DNA of 64,000 nt, taken from positions 1 through 64,000 of IMG/VR virus record IMGVR_UViG_3300042374_001687; one strand, 5' to 3'. The notes beneath the pieces are model-generated. The model did no database searches and was not told the origin of the DNA. It worked only from the letters and a program-made list of their open reading frames with translations. A program made the translations under genes and the position numbers. Origin of the DNA: a virus. Of the stretch, positions 56,701-64,000 are shown piece by piece; the first letter of the stretch is position 1, and each line of letters begins with the position of its first letter.

Positions 56701-57270
56701 GATGAGAATGGATTTTATATTGAGGGGTACGATGAGGGATCTGTGGGGGGCCAGAACATAAAGGTTTACAGAAGGGTGGTGGAAAACAAGGTCGGACAGT
56801 TCGGCTATGAGGGAATAGTATTAAACGCTGATGCCAACATAGAGGAGCGACTTTTGATATCCAACGGTGCAAGTAAGGATCCCAACAACATAAGATCCGA
56901 CAATATTAAGGAAAACTTCTTGGTGTTATTTGACCAAAAATACTATTCTATTTCGGAGATAGATGGAGCCAGATTGACACTAGACGGACCGATGGGAAAT
57001 TACACCTTGGATGGCCAAGACATAAACTTCTTGGTCTATAAGTTTTCAAAGCTTGGTCTTTCGGTCTCCGAACGGCACATCCCGTCGGTTCCAGCGAATG
57101 TGTTTGAGATGGTAGATAGATCCGGAAAGGGAACGATCAAGGTGGTTCAAGACAACGCCTTGGCCGGAACCGTGTCTATGCTTAACTCGGCCAACTCTGG
57201 GGAGAAGATCGACATGGTTGGACAAAAAGAGGACATAGAATTCCAGATAGAATACAGAGAGGAAACATGA
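53737..57270 (+). CDS. Baseplate wedge gp7 / tail protein I-like with fibre-type insert
   Basis: LLPLLS.F, KKKGS..GL, P.HA; RVLVKDQ...NGIY module. Confidence 0.7.
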   Translation: MIKTVGKESVKISEKAKFVLETRDGEGCLRTPYQIKNVTIYFVNREFTDSTAREYQHETADAELKNQYEALKRQICLKAKKSVRVATTEEIILVGEQEIDGVYIVEGERVLVKDQVERSDNGIYVAKTGPWTRAEDANSSDKLVRGAYLFVDEGIENIETGWVLESAGIELGLSPLDFFRFSSPQDPADAPTENSMERLEFLKSKLDSSKSTSQFFYKEATPVKVFGGYKDPKTGELFPAWLNPSLVPTELRAKTEGDNILAPYEEGNEIIEGKFELEWDTSGCREGDYFICWSWMPNLVGDTVSAHMFFSLDGSTLVTTSIPTHFTNPEKYETLLDRYTPEMFKTVISDTDLTPRVMKGLNGAVAAGFTFLENMANQIIDLLDSNATHEQLLPLLSNFFNLSLKSNDPTLWRRQIKKAIPNFKKKGSIVGLKEAFSDAGMKFLKITKLWQVVSKYTFQEHFKYEGNSVFRLSKNALLPVDLDFEIWIRKAGEGSEWESLRPELPAENWVESYVNISGDEMAWVGAELQLGDSIRIMYKIREIPSGERSVDEYIRQLPLMDDRDERSQSYPPKNWNTRLIEEDDDLFDLVVPVRHPLADPIVWGRIRTEFPYSENAYNMDEYNGSKRDSFNPCDIDKEFTDPCGQCQSSKYNLDLEVERLSNDSLQEAKRVVEEFMPLHAVVHSFNFSGSVNEFIKTNEERIEALVTYSAEDTILAGEGQNIFNRDMDRREMQNIKREALASMSVVVPDGTGSICNQRIVLQSSSINTEDEMNNASFQNKTQGFEFKNINTGFAESDPFDSGNLLEVLGNVVANYTISRFSRNSAEIYGSVNELAIGPLFEYRISNKIADLNVDIAQSDKVTFNDENADFWMLGITTQHDIDEGLSASSVWKFRHDDKEYAIQNIMPDGSLLLGDESPSSPIVGWQLLKDGDVVKSLNSGTKTVSKYGFVEINWPEIEMRNVLAIGDYVYLGWPDETRRYKIKSFKGGDENGFYIEGYDEGSVGGQNIKVYRRVVENKVGQFGYEGIVLNADANIEERLLISNGASKDPNNIRSDNIKENFLVLFDQKYYSISEIDGARLTLDGPMGNYTLDGQDINFLVYKFSKLGLSVSERHIPSVPANVFEMVDRSGKGTIKVVQDNALAGTVSMLNSANSGEKIDMVGQKEDIEFQIEYREET

Positions 57271-57740
57271 ACGAAGAAAAGATGAAATGTAGAGGGGATG
57301 TCCAGGCAATTCTGGAGCATAGGGGTGGTGAAAAAGAGATCATAGAATTCCGAAACACGATATTGCAGACGGGAAGAGAGGCATTGGCACTTTCGCTTGC
57401 AAACATGATAGGAGACGACTTTGATTTCTTCATAAACAGAATGATATTCGGCGACGGAGGAACCACGGGCGGCGTGCCTAAGATGGTATCGGCCGACAGG
57501 AACGGTCTCTTTGGAGCCGCCAGGGTGAACAAGCCTGTGGTGGCAAATATAGATGCGGCCACTGGGACGCAGGTGATATTCACCTCGGTGGTCGCTTTTG
57601 ACGAGGGAAACGGATACGACTTGAACGAAATGGCGCTGGTCATGCAGAACGGGGACTTATACAGCATGGCAACTTTCCCAGGAATATCCAAAACTCCTCA
57701 GACACAAATAACTTTCAATTGGCGGCTTTCCTTTATATGA
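57267..57740 (+). CDS. Baseplate/tail-fibre N-terminal-type structural protein
   Basis: N.IL..GR, FGDGG, NEMAL, F..ISKT...W. Confidence 0.7.
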   Translation: MNEEKMKCRGDVQAILEHRGGEKEIIEFRNTILQTGREALALSLANMIGDDFDFFINRMIFGDGGTTGGVPKMVSADRNGLFGAARVNKPVVANIDAATGTQVIFTSVVAFDEGNGYDLNEMALVMQNGDLYSMATFPGISKTPQTQITFNWRLSFI

Positions 57741-57985
57741 AAAAATTTGAAGTATGCAGGGTTGAGAATCAAAATGTGATAAAGATAGATGGTGATGTTT
57801 TTGACTGGGGTCTTGATGACGATGCACTAGCCCAAGCAAACCAGCATGCTTTAAGCAAAGACACTATGAAGGCCATACATTCCGACATAAAAAATCACTT
57901 TTTGGATTGCCTTTCGGAGCATCTTGGATTTAGGCCCACAATGAAACAAGTCAACAAGGCTTTAAAGGAGGGATTCATTGATTAG
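57737..57985 (+). CDS. Hypothetical protein
   Basis: ATGA-coupled ORF. Confidence 0.55.
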   Translation: MKKFEVCRVENQNVIKIDGDVFDWGLDDDALAQANQHALSKDTMKAIHSDIKNHFLDCLSEHLGFRPTMKQVNKALKEGFID

Positions 57986-58478
57986 TATAGAGGAAAAGGA
58001 CAATAGGTTCTATATTTCCGAATCCAGCCAGCAGAATGCCGGGTTAGGTTTGTTTGCCTCTGTGGATATAAAAAAAGGCGATAATCTTGAAGTGATCGGC
58101 GTAATGGTTGACAGAGGTTCGCCGGCCGATGTCTGCACGACTTATGCAAACACATTCAAGTTTGCGGCCGACTATTCTGACTCGTTCAAGAAGCACATCA
58201 TCCCTATGGGCTATGGAGGGATGGTAAATCATGCCAATGAAAAGAAGGATCAAAATGTAGAGATAAGGTACATTAAAAAAAATGACGATTTGGCGTGCGT
58301 GTACTACTTCATAAAGGATGTGAAGAAGGGCGACGAAATATTGGGCGATTATGGTGATGACTGGCGGAGCTTGCTGAATTGGACGCGGAATATTAATTCG
58401 GCAGATGAGGGCGACGACGAGGAGTGGATGAGTTTTCTTGAACTGGGTCTATATAATTTGGGAAAACTCAAGAGGTAA
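57978..58478 (+). CDS. SET-domain methyltransferase
   Basis: AGLGLFA..DI, MVNH, KGDEILGDYG. Confidence 0.85.
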   Translation: MISIEEKDNRFYISESSQQNAGLGLFASVDIKKGDNLEVIGVMVDRGSPADVCTTYANTFKFAADYSDSFKKHIIPMGYGGMVNHANEKKDQNVEIRYIKKNDDLACVYYFIKDVKKGDEILGDYGDDWRSLLNWTRNINSADEGDDEEWMSFLELGLYNLGKLKR

Positions 58479-58485
58479 GGAAAAA

Positions 58486-59676
58486 ATGCCGCAGATAAAT
58501 AGTATTCCGGAAGTCACATACCAGCCCGATCAGCCCTACCATTACCTCTACGACAATCTTCCTCTGAAGAACATCTTGACGAGGATCGGATTGGTGAACA
58601 TTCAAGTTGACACCAATACGGACATACTGCGTGGTGCGGGTGGTTCTGCCGGTTCACTCAGCAACAGGCTTGGAACCTCCCTGGAGGATTCGGGCGCATT
58701 GAAGGCGGCGGCGGTGGACGAGTCGCTACATAACATAGGGCACCATTCCGACGGCATGGGACCAGACGGGGTGGAGTATGTCAGAATGACCTCTGACGAA
58801 AGAAACAAGTTACTTGGCGTGTCCTCAGGAGCTAACAGTTTGCAAATTGAGATAGAGGATACCCTTCCGACCATAGGCTCATTTGTTAACATTGAAAACG
58901 GAATACTAAAGATAAGAAACTCTCCGACAATATTTTTTGATTTTGAGGCTCCGGACATATTGAAGGCCCATTCAATATTTCCACCAGACGCAGCCCATCG
59001 TCATCACTACGATTTGGTTCCGGCATACGACATTCCTTCTAATCCTAGCTTTCAAAATTTCAAGACAACTTCTTTTAACACCCCATTCGAGGAAGGATCA
59101 CTTCGTGTTTATGTCAATGGCATCAGGTTGGCTAAGCCTTCTGAAGGTGCCTTGAACTACTCGGTCGATGTTCCAGACTACGGCGATCCGAATGGCCCTT
59201 GGATCCCCACACATATTGAAAGTCAAGACCATTCAGCAGGCACATTCAGTCTAAATAGGGCCTTGACAATAGACGATGTGATACGGATAGATTTTGACGA
59301 GACATTTATAAATCCCTCCATTTCTGGTTCCGTGGTAGCGGATTACACAGTTCAGCCTGCCTCGTTAAGCATTTATGACGGAGAAGATGCGAACTTCAGC
59401 TTCACACTAGAATTAACAAATTCACTATACAACTTGCCACAAGTGGTGTATCAGTACTCAACTAATTTGATAGATTGGGCAAATATAAACGAAGGCACTT
59501 CCGGCTTTTCTTCAACTACACCAGGCGTGATAAATGGCTATCTTAACTTGACTAATGTATCCGTTGCCGTGCCATTCAGGCAATACAGGGTCATATGCAG
59601 CGACCCGAGGGAAGGATATAGTGTCATAAGTGAAGTGTTCACTCTGACAGTGAACCCTCAAAGTCAGATAGAATGA
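58486..59676 (+). CDS. Virion structural protein with Ig-like C-terminus
   Basis: SLRVYVNG; QP...YQYS...W..I...YRV. Confidence 0.55.
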   Translation: MPQINSIPEVTYQPDQPYHYLYDNLPLKNILTRIGLVNIQVDTNTDILRGAGGSAGSLSNRLGTSLEDSGALKAAAVDESLHNIGHHSDGMGPDGVEYVRMTSDERNKLLGVSSGANSLQIEIEDTLPTIGSFVNIENGILKIRNSPTIFFDFEAPDILKAHSIFPPDAAHRHHYDLVPAYDIPSNPSFQNFKTTSFNTPFEEGSLRVYVNGIRLAKPSEGALNYSVDVPDYGDPNGPWIPTHIESQDHSAGTFSLNRALTIDDVIRIDFDETFINPSISGSVVADYTVQPASLSIYDGEDANFSFTLELTNSLYNLPQVVYQYSTNLIDWANINEGTSGFSSTTPGVINGYLNLTNVSVAVPFRQYRVICSDPREGYSVISEVFTLTVNPQSQIE

Positions 59677-59695
59677 TTCATGTTTAAAACAACAG

Positions 59696-60256
59696 ATGCT
59701 TTCTAAAGAGACTGTGGATATAAATTTTGTGATAATATCTCCCGAGCCCAACATAGGAAGGCTCAAGGGAACTGTCAGATCAATATTCAACAACTACCGA
59801 AGTGATGCAAAGATAATATGCTCCGTGAACAAAACGATAAAAAAACCACAAATAGACGAGATGTGCGATGTTTGTCCAACCTTTAGGGGTGGTCAGACCA
59901 TAACATCTCTCATCAACAACGGCATGAAGCGTGCACACAAAGGGTGGAACATGATCGTTGTAGAGGGAGCGTGGGTGCCTAAAAACATTCAAAACAAGTA
60001 TTTGAGATGGATGTCAGATTCTAAGGATGTGTTGTTCCCTATTGTAATGAATTTGGATAGGCAAGGAATTCCCATGAGAATACTTAGCACTTTCAGCGAA
60101 TGCACGCTAAACGGGGTGCTCTTGGATAAAGACTTTTTTCTAGAGGTAGGCAATCTTTCTGAAAACCCCTTGAAAATATCAAGGGAATTTTGGGCTATGG
60201 AGGCCGCAGACAAAGGAGCAAGATTCAAGGCTATATTGGGCATCAAGATTTGTTGA
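59696..60256 (+). CDS. Degenerate GT-A-like hypothetical protein
   Basis: VII..., T.RSI, INNG...W pattern, but no DxD. Confidence 0.35.
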   Translation: MLSKETVDINFVIISPEPNIGRLKGTVRSIFNNYRSDAKIICSVNKTIKKPQIDEMCDVCPTFRGGQTITSLINNGMKRAHKGWNMIVVEGAWVPKNIQNKYLRWMSDSKDVLFPIVMNLDRQGIPMRILSTFSECTLNGVLLDKDFFLEVGNLSENPLKISREFWAMEAADKGARFKAILGIKIC

Positions 60257-60782
60257 TTTCAAAAAATCTCCATCTGCCCTCACAATTGATAAAAGTGTCT
60301 CTGTCAATGTGCGAGAGGTATTCTTGAACTTCCTCCCATGTTGAAAAAAACATGCTGTGGGGTAGCGTTCCAAAAAGCCAGTCGGGGGTGTGTTCCTTAC
60401 CTTGCTCCATGTGGACGACAACCGGCTTCTTAGATCTGTTCGCCAAGAATATCTCCTCCAGAGTTCCGCAAGGATGGGTATTGAGATCCAAGTTGACGAT
60501 CAAAAAGTCACTTATATCGACGAGTCTGAGGTCTATTGACCTCACATTTTTCATTATATTAGAAAATTCATCGTAATTGCCCTTCTCCTTCAAGAGCTTT
60601 TTGAGGATCGTAGAATCCTCATCCTCTAATCCGATATTGCTCGGTTTGTTGAGGGGATTGAAGACAATTACGCCCTTTTCCTCAAGGAAGGGGGTTATGC
60701 TGGATCGCCATCCCGCACCCCTGTCCGGTACGCGATCCATGGCGCCAGCGAGGTAAACTCTTTGATTTTTCAGCCTATTCAA
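60243..60782 (-). CDS. Nucleoside 2-deoxyribosyltransferase-like protein
   Basis: VYLAGAM, WR, FNP, DL..VD.SD, GT.EE. Confidence 0.8.
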   Translation of the reverse strand: MNRLKNQRVYLAGAMDRVPDRGAGWRSSITPFLEEKGVIVFNPLNKPSNIGLEDEDSTILKKLLKEKGNYDEFSNIMKNVRSIDLRLVDISDFLIVNLDLNTHPCGTLEEIFLANRSKKPVVVHMEQGKEHTPDWLFGTLPHSMFFSTWEEVQEYLSHIDRDTFINCEGRWRFFEINKS

Positions 60783-60855
60783 GGTGGAATCCTTTGTGTA
60801 AATTCTGACCGGAAAGTCCTCTACTAATACTAGAAGATATAGAAAGGAACTTTGT

Positions 60856-61518
60856 ATGTCAAGCGAAATTTATCAAAAAGCGTGCGATTTGGTGTCAAAC
60901 AATCCCGTCTGCACCAGACACACCTTTTATCAATTAAAGCACTTTGTCCTGGGTAAGGAGTTGACCACACAAGCGAAGCTTCAAAAGTGCCTCAGGGAGA
61001 TAGATGCAAGAAGAAGTTCCTTAAAATCTATGATTTTGGGCATAGAAGAGGCAGAGGACGAGGCTAGGGTTCTAGACTTGAAAATGACCGCTTTGGACAA
61101 AAAGAAAGCAAAAAACGAACTAGATAGTGAGTACAAGTCCATTCAAAAGAGGAAACTGATTAGAAAAAAGGACTCCCTCTTTGATTCAATCCGGGAAATG
61201 AAGCAAAAGCTCAAGGAAACGGAAGAGGAAATGAGTTTTTTCTTGAGTGCCTATCAGCAGCTGGAGAAGATAGAGCCACTCAAGAGGTACGACGACCCAG
61301 AGTCAAACGCCCAATTCTGGAACGAGAACTTTGCCCAAGAACTTCAACTTAGAATTCTTTTGCAGAAGCCTCTAGATCTGGAGCTTGTGAAGTGCATTCT
61401 GGCTCTAGACGATGGTTCGTCCACCAGAAAGGAGATGATAGGAATATTGGAGCAGATACAAAACCAGACAATTGCGGCAAGGAATCATTCTAGAATAGAG
61501 GGAAACAGAAATGGCTGA
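60856..61518 (+). CDS. Coiled-coil hypothetical protein
   Basis: Long heptad region. Confidence 0.6.
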   Translation: MSSEIYQKACDLVSNNPVCTRHTFYQLKHFVLGKELTTQAKLQKCLREIDARRSSLKSMILGIEEAEDEARVLDLKMTALDKKKAKNELDSEYKSIQKRKLIRKKDSLFDSIREMKQKLKETEEEMSFFLSAYQQLEKIEPLKRYDDPESNAQFWNENFAQELQLRILLQKPLDLELVKCILALDDGSSTRKEMIGILEQIQNQTIAARNHSRIEGNRNG

Positions 61519-62515
61519 TCGAGTTTCAAGTTTAGACAAGGGTTATGTATCAGGAAATCTGTCCCTTTTTCCCGATGTAATAGATGACAAAAGTAGTCTA
61601 TATGAGGTCAGAAACAATGCCGAATCTAAACTGATGGCGGGGTTGCCTTTCAACGGCAAAAAGATGATCGTTGAAAGTACAGCTTCCTTTCCGAGCCAAG
61701 GCTTGGTGAGGGTTGGACCTCCAGCGGGGCAGGCCGGCGAGGCTGAGTTGGTTTACTACGAGTCCAAAACGGAAACCACTTTCAAGGGTCTAATTAGGGG
61801 CTTTGCAGGATCAAGACAGAATCAATGGAATTCCGGGTCTTGGGTTACGAATGCGGTAACCGCTGAACCCCACAATGCAGTCAAGGACGCTTTGCTGAAT
61901 ATTGAAAAAAGGATGGGATTGAAGGAATCTCCCGAAGCAGGATCGTTGAACAGAAGGCTTAAAAACTTGGAGTTAAAGTTTTTTGCTCCGCGGGCAGTTT
62001 TTAGGGCGTTTCCAAAGAATATAAAGCCTGGAAAGTCGGTGAGGTTTCAGAGTTTCTGTGAGGGCGACATAATAAGATATTTGTGGGACTTTGGAGACGG
62101 TGGCCAAAGCACAGAGCAAAATCCATCGCACACATACACAAGCGAAGGAACATATACTGTAAAGCTGCATCTTATAACCAGTTCGGGCGCTCAAGGCATA
62201 TCCACGAAAAACAACTACATAACAGTTTCAAACAACGAGCAGCAAGCATTCTTTTATGCGGTTAGAACCGGCCCTAAAACTTATATGTTCGTAGATCAAA
62301 CTGATGGAGATGTTCTTGAACGATTCTGGGTTTTTGATGGCACGGTCAGTTTGGATGACAAAGAAGTGGACAAGCATGTGGAGCCTGACACAAACAAACA
62401 CTTCATAGAAGTTACCTATTTAAAGGCCGGATTGTACCGTCCTTCTTTATTGGTGGGTTTTGCTGGGGATGTGTTAAAAAGGGTGTTTTTGAGCGAATCC
62501 TTGGAGGTAACATGA
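61511..62515 (+). CDS. PKD-domain virion protein
   Basis: WDFGDG...NPSHTY...GTYTVKL. Confidence 0.85.
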   Translation: MADRVSSLDKGYVSGNLSLFPDVIDDKSSLYEVRNNAESKLMAGLPFNGKKMIVESTASFPSQGLVRVGPPAGQAGEAELVYYESKTETTFKGLIRGFAGSRQNQWNSGSWVTNAVTAEPHNAVKDALLNIEKRMGLKESPEAGSLNRRLKNLELKFFAPRAVFRAFPKNIKPGKSVRFQSFCEGDIIRYLWDFGDGGQSTEQNPSHTYTSEGTYTVKLHLITSSGAQGISTKNNYITVSNNEQQAFFYAVRTGPKTYMFVDQTDGDVLERFWVFDGTVSLDDKEVDKHVEPDTNKHFIEVTYLKAGLYRPSLLVGFAGDVLKRVFLSESLEVT

Positions 62516-64000
62516 CCAATATTCCCAAGACAAGTAACTTTCCGAACTCTTTTGACACTGACAATAACCTTTTTTTGGTTCACGACTCTTTGAGGGTAAG
62601 ACTGCTGGAGGATTACAATCCTGGCGATAAGAGCATTCTGATTGAGGGAGACACAGAGGTTATAAACAAGTTCCCTCCCACGGGAATAATAACTTTGACA
62701 GAACAGTGCAGCGATATAGACAAGCGAGCATTGAGCTTTTACTACAATTCAAGAACTGCGAGTAGTTTTGACGAGTTGGAACTGCTGCCTGAATTTTTGG
62801 GCCTTGAGATTGCCAAGCCGAAAAAGGCCACCAATGTGACGATGAATGTCTTGGATCTCCATCATAATCATTTAAAGGACGCCTTGATCTCGGTTGAAAG
62901 TTTTTTGGGAACAAAATACTCCCCAAATGAAAACAGCATATCGGGAAGGATAAAGTTTTTAAATGAATTGGTGCTTTCTCCAAAGGCTTGGTTTACCGTT
63001 GAAAGTCAAATTGGACTTTCCTCTCAAGGAAATCCATTCAAGGCCAAATTCAAGGATGAAAGCGTCAGGTTGGGAGACGGCCCCTTCACGCACCACTGGG
63101 ACTTCGGTGACGGATCCACGTTGGAGTTTGTTTCGGAAAGCATGGAAGAGTACAAATCGAGGCTGACGGAAATAGACGGGGTGAATATTTCGGGAGCTGA
63201 ATTAGTCAAGACATATGATTCTCCCGGGCTTTATACCGTCAAGTTGACTGTGAGCAACAAATACGGGGACAGCGATGTGGAATTCAACGATTTGATCAAT
63301 GTAAAAAACGAAGCTCCAGAGGAAGCAGTAATTAGAATAATCCCAAGTGCCTCTCAGAACTACAACCAAGGGGATGTGGCCAACGGCATATATCCGAGGA
63401 TAAGATCCATAGCAAACTCATTCATCAACATAGAGATACCGGAAGGAAACAATCCCGAAAATCCTGGCTATTCTTATGGAGGAGAATTGCTTAATGCCGG
63501 GACTCCTGTTGATCCCATAGAGGAATATACATGGTCTCTCGGCGACGATCTTCCTCATTCCAATTCAAGCTTGGCAAAGGCCTCGTACAGTCTTGGTGGG
63601 TATTACGACATAGTTCTTAGAGTTGATACAAAATACGGATCTTACCGAATAACACAATATAAGGATTCTGTTGATATTATTGAAGCCAAAAACCTATGGA
63701 TGTTTAATTTCAAAACTCTAAATAACAACGGAAGCGGTACGGTTCAGGCCTACGAGTTTTCTCTCGGCAGCGAGACATTCAAAACCTTGGGAAACCAAAC
63801 TCTTTCTGTGCAGAGGAGCGATGCCTTTTTGGATAGCAGTCCGCTTTCCTATAACGATGAGCAGTATTATTCAGACACGCTTGGAAGGGCGGTCAAAGAG
63901 TTCCGCAGAAATGTAGAGTTCACTCTTGCCGGAACGGCCAGTTCGGGAAACAAAGGCAACTCCTTGCTTTTTTGGGCATCTGGTGGCTCTGTCATAGATG
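62512..64000 (+). CDS. Large PKD-domain virion protein, 3' partial; N-terminus paralogous to 61511-62515
   Basis: MTNIPKTSNFP...HHNHLKDAL..., WDFGDG, PGLYTVKLTVSN; appears open to the window end. Confidence 0.8.
   Translation, partial: MTNIPKTSNFPNSFDTDNNLFLVHDSLRVRLLEDYNPGDKSILIEGDTEVINKFPPTGIITLTEQCSDIDKRALSFYYNSRTASSFDELELLPEFLGLEIAKPKKATNVTMNVLDLHHNHLKDALISVESFLGTKYSPNENSISGRIKFLNELVLSPKAWFTVESQIGLSSQGNPFKAKFKDESVRLGDGPFTHHWDFGDGSTLEFVSESMEEYKSRLTEIDGVNISGAELVKTYDSPGLYTVKLTVSNKYGDSDVEFNDLINVKNEAPEEAVIRIIPSASQNYNQGDVANGIYPRIRSIANSFINIEIPEGNNPENPGYSYGGELLNAGTPVDPIEEYTWSLGDDLPHSNSSLAKASYSLGGYYDIVLRVDTKYGSYRITQYKDSVDIIEAKNLWMFNFKTLNNNGSGTVQAYEFSLGSETFKTLGNQTLSVQRSDAFLDSSPLSYNDEQYYSDTLGRAVKEFRRNVEFTLAGTASSGNKGNSLLFWASGGSVID

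Noticed and set aside
40391-57740. Bacterial extracellular contractile injection system (eCIS) or tailocin
   Set aside because: The gp2-like DNA end protector, very long tape measure, T4-like small proteins, late-promoter motif and absence of housekeeping operons fit a phage genome better.
1-64000. tRNA genes, stop-codon recoding, reverse transcriptase/DGR
   Set aside because: No cloverleaf was found by eye (GGTTCGA at ~772 lacks tRNA context; tRNAscan was not run). Conserved genes are full length and end in all three stop codons. No RT motif was seen.

Overview
This window looks like part of a large (jumbo-type) T4-like myovirus genome. About 1-40 kb is accessory genes. About 40.4-64 kb is a contractile-tail module: gp2-like DNA end protector, 2082-aa tape measure, tube initiator, gp53/LysM, hub, gp5/VgrG spike, gp25, gp6, gp7-like and PKD proteins. 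The accessory half holds two C5 DNA methyltransferase + PD-(D/E)xK gene pairs, a solo TnpB with an omegaRNA-type right end, a class II CCA-adding enzyme, an ArdC/M78 protein, about 10 glycan-related genes, a SET protein (a second lies in the tail module), patatin, a caspase-like protease and an exported M14 peptidase/CAP/thioredoxin cluster. The strongest unexplained pattern is that about 15 unrelated proteins start with M-x(1,2)-F-x-x-[WF]-x(1,4)-E, resembling the T4 capsid-targeting sequence. All of them sit behind, or in an operon behind, a TAnATA late-promoter-like hexamer. This suggests a virion-packaged, injected payload: CCA enzyme, ArdC, GNAT, sigma-like factor, Fe-S flavoprotein and Gp88-like protein. 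Other hand-read items missing from the ORF track are an 11-Cys metallothionein-like peptide, a start-to-stop capture of a host-like rmlA into a phage gene, a TnpB that appears to split a late-promoter hexamer, and a duplicated terminator-promoter cassette. All family calls come from motif recognition by eye; no searches were run. A Planctomycetota host is only an inference.
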